From an uncultured bacterium (lineage in GTDB: Bacteria; Oederibacteriota; Oederibacteriia; Oederibacteriales; Oederibacteriaceae), in NCBI GenBank assembly GCA_965112635.1, contig OZ218778.1:704001-768000 (forward strand): a stretch of 64,000 bases of DNA. The letters run 5' to 3'. The notes under the pieces were generated by a model. That model did no database searches. It saw nothing but the letters and a program-made list of their open reading frames with translations, and was not told the DNA's origin. Made by a program: the position numbers and the translations under genes. Positions 38,919 to 48,233 of this stretch are shown here, piece by piece. Every line of letters starts with the position of its first letter. Position 1 is the first letter of the stretch.

Positions 38919-38964
38919 AGGCGGGGATCGCTGAACCTTCATTTTTTGCATGTCGCAGGTCAAG
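38919..38964 (+). repeat. 46-bp direct repeat, copy 1
   Basis: 43/46 identical to 40657-40702. Confidence 0.85.
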
Positions 38965-39022
38965 CTCGTCCTAAAGCGTGCCCTGTAGGCACATGGACCT
39001 CCCCCGAAATAATGGGCACCTC

Positions 39023-40048
39023 TTACGGCCGGGTAACTTCTTGCACCATTTTTGGAAAAGCTCCCTGAACATTATTTAATTTAAATCTGGATATGCCTAC
39101 TCTTTCAATGCCTGTTTCCCATCCGTCCCTGGCGTTATACCATATCCAAAGTTCATTCCCAACTTTTCTCATATCTAGCTGGTAGACCAAGGCGTCTTTC
39201 CAGCCTTTTTCCGGGGCTATGATCGGGTTAAAAGGCAGGTTGTACCACTCCATACCGTCTTTGGATAAAAGGAAATGAATGGCTGAACGGGAACTGCCTT
39301 CTTTGTCTTTATAAATGCCGTTGTTGAATCCCAAAAATATATTTTCTGTCCATTCATAGTAAACCTTCAGGCCTCCGGCCCCCATATTTCTGTACGGATC
39401 ATCCGGGTTTGGTCCTATGACGGGAAGAGGGTGTTTTTTATAAGGTCCCATGATGTTATTGGAAAACGCAACGCCGTTATAAACCGGTTCCTCATAACCG
39501 CAGTCAGGAAGCAGGACTTCCCCGGAAGCATAGTACAACCTGTATCCTTCCGGGGTCTTTGTTATACAGGCGTTTCTGACCACTGGTCTTGACCTGAAGC
39601 TTTCTTTTTCCCAGGGAAGGCCGGGTCTTAATATGACCTCATCCTTTGTCCAGTTTTTCAGGTCTTTTGAGGATCTTACCGCTATGCAGCATTCACCTTC
39701 AATAAACCAGGGTCCGTGGTGGAACATATAAAAAGTGCCTTTGTCCTTGAAAACGAACGGGTTCCATCCGGGTTTGAATCTGTCTAAAGCTTTCCAGTTT
39801 ATACCGTCATTAGAAACCATATGGTTAATATAAGTATCCCCGCTTACCGCGTATAAATGCCATTTCCCGTCCGGACTGGTTTCAGGCATGATAATGGTAG
39901 GTTCTCCGACAACCTGTGTGTTAAAGGGAGGATTGATAATGGGGTTTCCTGGATGATCGGCCCATTTATCCCACTGAACCTTTTTTAGAAGCTCGGGTGA
40001 AAATACTTCTTCCGGGTTACTTTGGATTAAGCCGTTCTTGTTCTTCAT
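39023..40048 (-). CDS. five-bladed beta-propeller glycoside hydrolase (GH43/32/130-like)
   Basis: NPII and PVIGP blade motifs, SNDGINW, SKDGMEW, WYNARDG. Confidence 0.7.
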   Translation of the reverse strand: MKNKNGLIQSNPEEVFSPELLKKVQWDKWADHPGNPIINPPFNTQVVGEPTIIMPETSPDGKWHLYAVSGDTYINHMVSNDGINWKALDRFKPGWNPFVFKDKGTFYMFHHGPWFIEGECCIAVRSSKDLKNWTKDEVILRPGLPWEKESFRSRPVVRNACITKTPEGYRLYYASGEVLLPDCGYEEPVYNGVAFSNNIMGPYKKHPLPVIGPNPDDPYRNMGAGGLKVYYEWTENIFLGFNNGIYKDKEGSSRSAIHFLLSKDGMEWYNLPFNPIIAPEKGWKDALVYQLDMRKVGNELWIWYNARDGWETGIERVGISRFKLNNVQGAFPKMVQEVTRP

Positions 40049-40078
40049 AGACCCTCCTCTTTACGAAAACCCCGCCCC

Positions 40079-40110
40079 CGCCCTCAAGGTGCGCGTCCAT
40101 GAGGACGTTA
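40079..40110 (-). repeat. copy of the 30-nt double-hairpin element, inside a CCCCGCC/GGCGGGG hairpin
   Basis: Reverse complement TAACGTCCTCATGGACGCGCACCTTGAGGGCG matches 7995-8024. Confidence 0.75.
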
Positions 40111-40122
40111 AGGCGGGGAAGT

Positions 40123-40437
40123 TTATTCCTCAGTATCCTGGGTCTTGTGCTGGCTGGTCAGATGAACCAAACCCTCCAGCCCGTCTATGATCTCCAGAAT
40201 TTCCTTGGGGTATTTAATCCTGTAAAGAACATATTTATTTTTTGTCGTATATCGAACTAAATCTGCCAAACGCAAGCCTTTCAACTGATGTGAAATGGCC
40301 GATATGGTTCTTTTGAACCTTTTGCTCAACTCAGATGGGGTGCACGGTTCCTTAGCAATAGCCTCAAGAATTTGAAAAGTCAAAGGATTGCCCAATACCC
40401 GGCATAGCCTGGAACAACGATATGCTGTTTCTTTCAT
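40123..40437 (-). CDS. ArsR/SmtB family regulator, copy 2 (paralog of 37571-37885)
   Basis: Same N-terminal CSRxCxVLGNP and identical C-terminus SQHKTQDTEE. Confidence 0.88.
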   Translation of the reverse strand: MKETAYRCSRLCRVLGNPLTFQILEAIAKEPCTPSELSKRFKRTISAISHQLKGLRLADLVRYTTKNKYVLYRIKYPKEILEIIDGLEGLVHLTSQHKTQDTEE

Positions 40438-40495
40438 ATTTTCTCCTCTCCACACAAGCCATAAGATACAAACCCCACAATCCCTTATTCTACCT

Positions 40496-40533
40496 CATTT
40501 GCACGTTTGTTCAATTGAGCAAATGTGCAAATG
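40496..40533. promoter_or_regulatory. palindromic operator upstream of ArsR copy 2
   Basis: CATTTGCACGTTTGTTCAATTGAGCAAATGTGCAAATG, 38-bp imperfect palindrome centred on CAATTG. Confidence 0.7.
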
Positions 40534-40656
40534 ACCAATCTGGGGATTTAGAATCTAAAGCATTTGATGTTTAGGATGGTGGGGCGAATGGTTTAAAAAC
40601 CCGCCGGGGGAAAAATTGAGGAAAGAGGGCCTGAAAATTTTGAAAAGGGGTCGGGG

Positions 40657-40702
40657 AGGCGGGGATCACTGAACCTTCAATTTCTGCATGTCGCAGGTCA
40701 AG
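40657..40702 (+). repeat. 46-bp direct repeat, copy 2
   Basis: AGGCGGGGATCACTGAACCTTCAATTTCTGCATGTCGCAGGTCAAG. Confidence 0.85.
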
Positions 40703-40750
40703 GTTTGCCCCGAATAATATTCGTTTTTTACAACCATTTTGAATTAAGAC

Positions 40751-40779
40751 TTGAAAATAGCACAATCTTAGTCCATACT
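40751..40779 (+). promoter_or_regulatory. sigma70-type promoter for the putative ncRNA
   Basis: TTGAAA-N17-CATACT ending 7 nt before the hairpin start. Confidence 0.6.
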
Positions 40780-40785
40780 ACATAC

Positions 40786-40861
40786 AGGCTTGAGTAGTAA
40801 TCTGAGATGTCAACCCCAGAGTTGACCATCGATACCAGGATTACCAACTTGAGCCTTTTTT
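40786..40861 (+). ncRNA. putative DUF3800-associated structured small RNA, convergent with the DUF3800 gene
   Basis: Long rod hairpin AGGCUUGAGU/ACUUGAGCCU, GUAAUC/GAUUAC, GAUG/CAUC, UCAAC/GUUGA followed by U6; G-U pairs favour the + strand. Confidence 0.6.
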
Positions 40862-40880
40862 ATTGATGACCCCTTTGGTT

Positions 40881-41669
40881 CTATTCCCTATCCTTCCTAA
40901 CCTGCATAACATAGTGAATATTGAACTTTTTGAAAACATCGGTTTTCTCAATTCCATCCGTTGTCCAGGTGTCCGGTAAAAAATTTGTTACGCCAAGTTT
41001 TGAGATTAAATATTCTCTTATTTTATTTTTGTAAAGCGACCCCTTCTTTTTTCCTTCCATAGGTTCTATTGGAAACAGATTATTTAAAATACAGCCCTGA
41101 AGCAAATCACAAACCCCCATTAATTCATACCCTTCAGCGCCAGATACAACATCTTGAATATGGCGAATCTTAGGAAGTTTTGAATCCAGCGAGTAACCGG
41201 CCTCTATAGTGCTGAAATTACGCTTCAATACCTCCATAAAGGTTATCGGTTCACAGCGTGTCATTTTATCCAAAAAAAGGATCGCATTCGACATATGATC
41301 AAGATTTCTTTTAAGCAGTTCATCGGCCAGTGACCGATAGGCTCGTTCTCGTTTTATCTTCGCTGGTTCATCTGGACGACCGTATATCTCCAGATCAAAG
41401 CTATTGTCTGTTTTTATAGCAATGCAACTAAAATGACTGTCGCTCAGCATGAAAGCATCGATCGCTTCCTTATAAACCCTGAACGCTTTGGAATAATTAC
41501 AGCGAGTATATTTAATTTCCTTGAAACTGCCATCAGGTAGAACATATGCATTGCGGGCCAATACTCCCTTTATTTGTTTGTGAAATTTATGATGCGTGGG
41601 ATTAAACAAAGCCCCAAGAAGGAGCCACGTATGATTATGATCGTATGTTTCGTCTAAATATATAATCAT
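40881..41669 (-). CDS. DUF3800 domain protein
   Basis: N-terminal IYLDE motif, EIKY, C-terminal GVCDLLQG (variant of QxxD). Confidence 0.75.
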   Translation of the reverse strand: MIIYLDETYDHNHTWLLLGALFNPTHHKFHKQIKGVLARNAYVLPDGSFKEIKYTRCNYSKAFRVYKEAIDAFMLSDSHFSCIAIKTDNSFDLEIYGRPDEPAKIKRERAYRSLADELLKRNLDHMSNAILFLDKMTRCEPITFMEVLKRNFSTIEAGYSLDSKLPKIRHIQDVVSGAEGYELMGVCDLLQGCILNNLFPIEPMEGKKKGSLYKNKIREYLISKLGVTNFLPDTWTTDGIEKTDVFKKFNIHYVMQVRKDRE

Positions 41670-41797
41670 TATTTATTTTTTCTCCTCTATTTATTTCTTT
41701 TTTCACCTTCATCCTGAGCCGGTTCATCCTTCTCCCCAAACGCGGGAGAGGGTGGATTGGATTTTTTATTGAATAGTAATAACCATAACTTATTAGT

Positions 41798-43774
41798 TTA
41801 TATTATTGCAAAACCAACATCTTTTAAATATTCAAAAGTCGGATCATAATAGTCTCGCTTACGCGTTTTATCCTCTGTGTCTCCCTGCGGTACTACCATC
41901 ACCATACCTTGCCGAGCACGGGTTAACAAAACACGATATGCATTTTTCAAATAGTTTTGCCTTTCTTTCTTTTTAATATGATTCCAGCTCTCACCGCAAA
42001 AGGACCAATGCTCCCAACCTTTTTTTGAATATCTAAAATCAGCATCCCAGGCTACACATGACCAATCAAGCTCAAGCCCCTGGACTGCGAATTCAGTCGC
42101 AACATCTTCTAAATAATATGACGAGCGCACATCCTCCTTGCCATCAAGAAACCAATGAATCGGATCCATAGGAGTTTTCACATCTAGAGCATGAGGTTTT
42201 AACCGCTCAGCTTGAGAAGAAACCACAATGCCATATCGTTCTGAACCGCGGGCTTGGCTTCTTAACCATTTCTTTGCTTTAGTAAGATCCCGAGTAAGGA
42301 CTATCGGATATTTTTCTTTTACATTGGCCAATGTTTTTCGTGCTTCATCAACATTAAGGTCTAATAGTTGCTTCACAAATAGCGAAACATTCTCCGCACG
42401 GAACGAACGCATAGAGACACCTAGATGTAATTCATTTTTGTAGGTAACATTTTCTCTAAGTTCAATTTTTTTCAAAACCTCACCAGCACCATATTCGCTA
42501 TCTGTGAGCCGCGAGGAAATATAAATATCCCAATTGGGATATAAATGATTTAATGATTCTATCCATTCGCTAATCCCAGCCTCGCCGGTGTTTATTTCCT
42601 GCCCTCCCCCCACAAGGCAAACAACAACGGCCCAATCCGTATGGCGATCTAAACAAGAAATTAAAAAATCCGGTTCCGATCGATTAAAATTAGCTACATG
42701 CTTTCTGCGGGTCATAAAATTGGTGGTTTGTTCCCTATTCCAAGCTCGTTGGGCCTCATCAAACAATGCAACGTGTTCAATTGGTGGTTTTTTTGAATCA
42801 ATCAGACATTCATCACGAAAATTATGAACATTCTGGATAAACATCTTAACCCCAGACATAACTTCGCCTTTTTTTACTTTGATCCCTTGCTCTTTCTCAT
42901 GACGCACTTTATCTCTTGCAAGGGCCTCGCGTAGCACAGCAACAAGAGGCCCATTGCCAGATAAAAATACACTGTAAAGGTCATTCGATTTATCTATGTG
43001 CTGAGTAGCAATATTTAGACCAACCAAAGTTTTACCCGCACCAGGCACACCAGTGACGAAACAGATAGATTTGCGCGAATTTTGTTTAGATAAACTAATG
43101 ATTTTTGAAATAGCATCAGAGGTTTGACTCAGATTGATAGCGCTGGCATCCCTTCGAGAAATATCATGTACTGAATGGCCGTTATAAAGGGCCATAGCTG
43201 CCTCAATAATAGTCGGGGTGGGACAATAGCGTCCTTGTTCCCACTGACTTTGATTAATGGCAATACCTTCTGTAAAGAGCAATACATTCTTTATCACTTG
43301 GCCAAGCAATGCCACAGTGCTTCTAATAGGAAAAAGAAGTTTGTCATTCTGCGGTGTCATTGCCACAACAGGAACGGCATGGTGAGCATTGGTAGCTACA
43401 AGGACTGGAGCAACAAATTGCTCATGACTCGATTCGTGGAAGTTTTTAAGGTCCAGAGCATAGTCACAGACCTGATCTAAAGCACCAGAATTAAATTCCT
43501 TTTCACCAATTTTAAATTCAAGCACAAAAATCGTAGAGCCTATTAGCAGCACCACATCAATTCGCTTGCCCATACGAGGTATTGAATATTCAAAATAAAT
43601 CGATCCCTGATTACCAATAAGGGCGTTTTGCAGAATATTGATTTCTTCTAACCATGCATCACGTTGGCTTTGGACCAAATCAAAATCATTATTGCGTGCA
43701 AGTTGACCTAGAATTTCATCAGGATTTGTTTTAAGGAAAATAGCTATTGAACTAGAATAATATTCTCGTTTCAT
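41798..43774 (-). CDS. DUF2075 (Schlafen group 3-like helicase) with N-terminal PD-(D/E)XK-like nuclease region
   Basis: [15 protein letters not shown]...LEFK; GVPGAGKT; FDEAQR; VQGLELD; [11 protein letters not shown]. Confidence 0.85.
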   Translation of the reverse strand: MKREYYSSSIAIFLKTNPDEILGQLARNNDFDLVQSQRDAWLEEINILQNALIGNQGSIYFEYSIPRMGKRIDVVLLIGSTIFVLEFKIGEKEFNSGALDQVCDYALDLKNFHESSHEQFVAPVLVATNAHHAVPVVAMTPQNDKLLFPIRSTVALLGQVIKNVLLFTEGIAINQSQWEQGRYCPTPTIIEAAMALYNGHSVHDISRRDASAINLSQTSDAISKIISLSKQNSRKSICFVTGVPGAGKTLVGLNIATQHIDKSNDLYSVFLSGNGPLVAVLREALARDKVRHEKEQGIKVKKGEVMSGVKMFIQNVHNFRDECLIDSKKPPIEHVALFDEAQRAWNREQTTNFMTRRKHVANFNRSEPDFLISCLDRHTDWAVVVCLVGGGQEINTGEAGISEWIESLNHLYPNWDIYISSRLTDSEYGAGEVLKKIELRENVTYKNELHLGVSMRSFRAENVSLFVKQLLDLNVDEARKTLANVKEKYPIVLTRDLTKAKKWLRSQARGSERYGIVVSSQAERLKPHALDVKTPMDPIHWFLDGKEDVRSSYYLEDVATEFAVQGLELDWSCVAWDADFRYSKKGWEHWSFCGESWNHIKKKERQNYLKNAYRVLLTRARQGMVMVVPQGDTEDKTRKRDYYDPTFEYLKDVGFAII

Positions 43775-43802
43775 AGATTCCTTTTTATATCATCGTCAGG
43801 GT

Positions 43803-44759
43803 TTACCTTTTAAATCTTTCACTTGAATGCCATTCCAAAAGCTCTTTGTTTGGGCGGTAATTTTCTTGAACTGGAAGTCTAATCTTCTTGTGATCATAGG
43901 AAAAATAATACTCCCCGTTATGAAACTCTTCTCTAAGTTTATTACTAACTCTAATCTCGTAATCCGGAGTGACTGTGACATATCCCTGGTCAAAGAGAGA
44001 ATGAAAATCCGAACGTAGACAGAGTCCATTATCAAGCCTATGATCTCCCTCTCTAGCAACTGGTCGGATATGGGCTGCTTCCAGGACAGGTACTACCTTT
44101 TCTGCTGTCATGGCGCATTTTCTATCATATAAATCTAAGATCATGACTCTGAAGGTTCCTTGTCCCAATCGCATTTTTACTAATCGGGGATCGCCATAAA
44201 TTTTACCTGTAATCTCATGTATTTCTGGTTGTTTAATATCTATCGTCTCTGCTGCTATGAGTTGTTTTTTATTATTAAGAGAACCTTTTATTCTCATCCA
44301 AATCTCCCGCATCGGAGAACTCTCTGAATCATACGTCTTGCCCTGTACAATATTTAAAGAAAAATCCTTAGGAACCGGAATCCAGTCTTTTTGTTCGAGA
44401 TAAAATAGATCTCCTAAAATAATACATCCTATTGAGTAATCCTCCCTAGGATTTTCATTAACTCTGCGGTATTTAGCTAATCGGTGTCTCATATCTTCTA
44501 GAGTAGCTACTCCGTTTTTTTCCTCAAATGCATTCCAGGCGATACTGATTGGTAACAATGAGGAATGACGAAAAAAACCTCCCCCTACGATAAAATTATT
44601 AGGGGCATGAAGTTTAAAAAGAAAGGGTTCCCCAACTTGGAGAGTATGAAATTGCCTGTTTCCACCCGGTTGCCAAAAATTTACCTCGTCAATGTCTTGG
44701 CGTTGGCTAAGAAAATCAAACCAATCTTTATCAGTGATCCCAACATAAATATTCAACAT
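43803..44759 (-). CDS. HNH endonuclease with PUA-like N-terminal domain (type IV restriction-like)
   Basis: VNFWQPG...FLFKL...IVGGGFF; RLGQGTFR, CAMT, LEAAHIRP, NGLCLRSDFHSLFDQG. Confidence 0.85.
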   Translation of the reverse strand: MLNIYVGITDKDWFDFLSQRQDIDEVNFWQPGGNRQFHTLQVGEPFLFKLHAPNNFIVGGGFFRHSSLLPISIAWNAFEEKNGVATLEDMRHRLAKYRRVNENPREDYSIGCIILGDLFYLEQKDWIPVPKDFSLNIVQGKTYDSESSPMREIWMRIKGSLNNKKQLIAAETIDIKQPEIHEITGKIYGDPRLVKMRLGQGTFRVMILDLYDRKCAMTAEKVVPVLEAAHIRPVAREGDHRLDNGLCLRSDFHSLFDQGYVTVTPDYEIRVSNKLREEFHNGEYYFSYDHKKIRLPVQENYRPNKELLEWHSSERFKR

Positions 44760-44789
44760 CCACTCCCATATTTATCAACTTAAAACTAG

Positions 44790-47171
44790 CTATAAAATTG
44801 CAATGAATTCGCCCAGAATCTGGATGTCGTTTTCATTCTCGGGTTTGAGTTTTATAGGTTGATACTGCACATTTAATGGTAAAAGTGTTATTTCTTCGTG
44901 CTTCCAAGTCTCATCACTGCTGACAGTCTTTTTCGATGAATATAATTTAACTGTATATGACCCGCCTGTGTCAGGGTCTGCCGGGCCGCGATACTGGGCT
45001 AAAACTATTTTACCCTGCCGCGAACCCTCTGGGTTGGCTCTGAAAACGCAATAGTCCCCATCCTTTATCTTCGGCTCCATGGACCTGCCTACCACCTGCG
45101 CCACGAACATTCTTTCATTCAACCTCCCCAAGCCCTTTGCCTCTACCCAGCCCTCAGGCTCGACTGCTTCGCCTTTCCCAAAATATCCGGCAGCCGCCTT
45201 AAGGGAATAAACAGGAAGTAAGGTTTTGAAAGCCTCATTCCCCGCTGTTTTCCTGAATAAGGGAACAACCTTTTCCTGGACCTGCGCCTGGGATATTTCC
45301 ATCCGGGACCTGAAGAAATTCTCTGTTTCTTTGTTAGTAAAATACACATAGCAACCCCGCATAGCTCGTGAAAGCAGGGTTCGATAAATATTCCTGACAT
45401 AGGTTTCAAAACTTTCTTTTTTCATCTTCAATGTTCGGTCTTCAGTGGCCGAGATATCCGCTTTTAAACTGTCCGATGGGGCATCGTAAACCAGGTCATT
45501 GCCGATAATTACCCCTATATAATCGAACTCAAATCCCTGGGCCGTATAGATGCATCCGACCTGCTTAAACCCTTCGGGCTTATACGCCCACTCATACCAG
45601 CGCACATATCCCTCTGGGGGCCTGGTGATGTCACCATGTGTTTCCCAGGGCATAGCAAAATTGCCTATCCTGACATCGTTTACCAGTTGGCCGTTCCCAT
45701 CCAATTTCTTACTCCAAGGCCAACAATAACCGGCTACGATCCTGGCAGAATTCGGTTTTTCTTCTTCCCTCTTTTGCAACTCCTTATACATTTCCTGTGG
45801 AGTATCAAATATCCTGAATTCAAATTTGTCATCTTTCCTTAATAATCTTTTCTCGGACTGGTAACCCAGAACAGATTCCAACCAAAGCAGATAATCATTT
45901 GAACCCATGCAACGGAACTGTGTCACTAATTCAACCGTATCAATAGAACACCCCTGTTTTTCGGCGGTTTCCCTGATCAATTCAGACCCGCCTATTTCCT
46001 GGGACCGGACATTTTGCTTATCATCTATAAAAAACACGACGGTTTTGGCGCAACGAATGAGTTGGTCTATCTGGGGCATATCGGTCCTGTCCTCGGCCTT
46101 AGTGAATTGGAAGTTACTTTTATTGCCTATGCGGTGGGCTTCGTCGATCAATAACAGATCCAGCTCGTTCGACTTTATTTTGGAAGGGACAAACCGGTAT
46201 AAATTAGAAAAAAGGATTTCGCTTTCCGGTCCAACAAGGTTTTTTATGCCCTCAATGAAAGGTTTTGACTTACAGCCATAAAATACTTTGTATTTGGAAT
46301 GAGCTGCCTCAGCCAGTAAATTGATAGCGATAAGAGATTTTCCTGTCCCCGGGCCCCCATGAACAATGATGACCGATTTTGTTTTAGTTTTTTTCGACCG
46401 TCTTATTTTGGAAAGAATAAGATTTTTCGCTACCAATTGCTCATTTAAAAGGGAGAAAACAGCCTTGTTTTGTATAACTGCGCTGACATGGTCCAGTAAT
46501 TTTTGAGAGGGCTGGATTGGGCTTTGCATAAACCTGTTGAATATTTCAAAACCATTACCGGATGCCAGCAAATTCTTTATCTTATCAGCCAGTAATTGGG
46601 CATCGTCTTTTGAATAAAGGGGATGGTTTTCGATAATTTTTTTAAATTTGGGGGCGAATAAACCCTCCCCCTCCTGTTTTTTATAATTATGGCAATAAGA
46701 ACAGCTGAAAAGTATAAGGGGAGGTTGCTTTTCGAACTCGCTGACAAAATATTTTAAAAAATTATGGTAGCCCTCGACCTGTTGGGATGGATGGGCCACT
46801 ACTTTGCTGCTGCCGCCTGTATAGGTCTCGACAAAATTGCCCTCATCATTTAATGGCTCAACAGATTGCCATTGTTTCAATTCAATCAGGACAATATTTT
46901 CCTGCCTATCAAGACCTTTCCCGAACAACAGGCAATCAATGCGGTTCTGGTTATAGGGAACCTCATACTCAATGGCTATCTGATTATCTTTTAAACCAGC
47001 CAACTCGATCAGGTCACGGACCCTGGGTAGTGAATTTTGCCAGGAATTGACCTCCGCGAATCCAGGCTGCCTGCCGATCCTCTCCTTAAAAGTTCCGATC
47101 ATGATGTCTGTAAGATGGTTTTCCCTGACATCCTGGATAAACTTTTCGGTCGTATTCTGATAGATCAGCAT
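44790..47171 (-). CDS. DUF2075 helicase with N-terminal nuclease-like region and C-terminal S24 (LexA-like) peptidase
   Basis: IEYEVP...RIDCLL...IELKQW; GGPGTGKS; DEAH; QGFEFD; LKAAAG, GRSMEP, YTVK. Confidence 0.85.
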   Translation of the reverse strand: MLIYQNTTEKFIQDVRENHLTDIMIGTFKERIGRQPGFAEVNSWQNSLPRVRDLIELAGLKDNQIAIEYEVPYNQNRIDCLLFGKGLDRQENIVLIELKQWQSVEPLNDEGNFVETYTGGSSKVVAHPSQQVEGYHNFLKYFVSEFEKQPPLILFSCSYCHNYKKQEGEGLFAPKFKKIIENHPLYSKDDAQLLADKIKNLLASGNGFEIFNRFMQSPIQPSQKLLDHVSAVIQNKAVFSLLNEQLVAKNLILSKIRRSKKTKTKSVIIVHGGPGTGKSLIAINLLAEAAHSKYKVFYGCKSKPFIEGIKNLVGPESEILFSNLYRFVPSKIKSNELDLLLIDEAHRIGNKSNFQFTKAEDRTDMPQIDQLIRCAKTVVFFIDDKQNVRSQEIGGSELIRETAEKQGCSIDTVELVTQFRCMGSNDYLLWLESVLGYQSEKRLLRKDDKFEFRIFDTPQEMYKELQKREEEKPNSARIVAGYCWPWSKKLDGNGQLVNDVRIGNFAMPWETHGDITRPPEGYVRWYEWAYKPEGFKQVGCIYTAQGFEFDYIGVIIGNDLVYDAPSDSLKADISATEDRTLKMKKESFETYVRNIYRTLLSRAMRGCYVYFTNKETENFFRSRMEISQAQVQEKVVPLFRKTAGNEAFKTLLPVYSLKAAAGYFGKGEAVEPEGWVEAKGLGRLNERMFVAQVVGRSMEPKIKDGDYCVFRANPEGSRQGKIVLAQYRGPADPDTGGSYTVKLYSSKKTVSSDETWKHEEITLLPLNVQYQPIKLKPENENDIQILGEFIAIL

Positions 47172-47180
47172 TAAAGGCCC

Positions 47181-47543
47181 CTAAAGATCGGTATATTTTT
47201 TAGCGCTACCTTTGGCGAGTTTGACCGGATACTTGCGGGCGTTTTTCTTGATCTTGTCATGGGCACAGCGGATGGGGTCAACGCCCAGCATATCGCAAAG
47301 TTCCGTGAGATAGACCAATACATCGCCTATCTCATCTTTGACTTTTTTGAGGTCGGCTTTAGAAAGGTTTTTGCTTTGGTTCTCGGTCAGCCATTGAAAA
47401 TGCTCCATAAGTTCTGAGGTCTCTACTGCAAGCGCCATAGAAAGGTTTTTAGGTGAATGGTACTGTTCCCAATCACGGTCTTTTACAAATTTCTTTAATT
47501 TTCTGGAAATTTTTCTTAACCCACCTTGATTTCCCATTTTCAA
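47181..47543 (-). CDS. MazG-like nucleotide pyrophosphohydrolase
   Basis: RDWEQYHSPKNL, ETSELMEHFQW, DEIGDV, KNARKYP. Confidence 0.9.
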   Translation of the reverse strand: MKMGNQGGLRKISRKLKKFVKDRDWEQYHSPKNLSMALAVETSELMEHFQWLTENQSKNLSKADLKKVKDEIGDVLVYLTELCDMLGVDPIRCAHDKIKKNARKYPVKLAKGSAKKYTDL

Positions 47544-48131
47544 CTACTCCACCCTAAATATTTTAAGAAAATGTGACCTTGGTAACTCTGACTCATAGGA
47601 CAGCCCGATATTGCACTTATCAAAATAACCGTCGCCCTCAGTCCATATTTTAAATGTCTTGGGATATTTACTCAGATATTTCTTTGTTATACGAAGACCT
47701 CTGCCACCAACCTTTAGTCTAAATAGATCATGTCTATTTTTTGGATTATTAAAATAATTTCTCATATATGCATCTGTAAGATAAATGAGAAATTTATTTT
47801 CAGCTGTAAAATTTAGCAATTTTGAAATATCCCAAAATATTTGGCCCGCACCTTCGGTATAACCCGAATCTCCACCCCTGTGATATTTGAATTCAATAGC
47901 TACATTGTTATTTTTGTCATTCGAACATGCGTAAAAGTCCAGTTTATCTTTTTTGAACAATTTATTTTTGAATGGATGTTCTAGGATAATATTCTCAGGT
48001 TTGTATTTTTCTTTTTTGGTAAGCGCGTAAAAAAAAGTGTAACGAATTGAATCTTCCGAATCATTAAAATCCCTGTCTTTCTCCAACCTTTTCTTAATTA
48101 ATTCTGTAAAGTAACTAAATACTGGGAGCAT
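47544..48131 (-). CDS. putative PD-(D/E)XK nuclease
   Basis: EDSIRY, LEHP, KLD...AIEFKYHR, DISKL. Confidence 0.65.
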   Translation of the reverse strand: MLPVFSYFTELIKKRLEKDRDFNDSEDSIRYTFFYALTKKEKYKPENIILEHPFKNKLFKKDKLDFYACSNDKNNNVAIEFKYHRGGDSGYTEGAGQIFWDISKLLNFTAENKFLIYLTDAYMRNYFNNPKNRHDLFRLKVGGRGLRITKKYLSKYPKTFKIWTEGDGYFDKCNIGLSYESELPRSHFLKIFRVE

Positions 48132-48233
48132 TACTTCCTCCTAAACAAACTCGTTTGATAGCAATAATTTGATTCTATCCCCCCCATCCCCTCTAATCAA
48201 ACCTTTCACGGCTCTTTCATTCCAACTGGTTCC

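Noticed and set aside
38817-38963. N-terminal extension of the antitoxin ORF
   Set aside because: It spans the promoter/operator and the 46-bp repeat; the RBS (GAGGAGG) supports a start at 38816.
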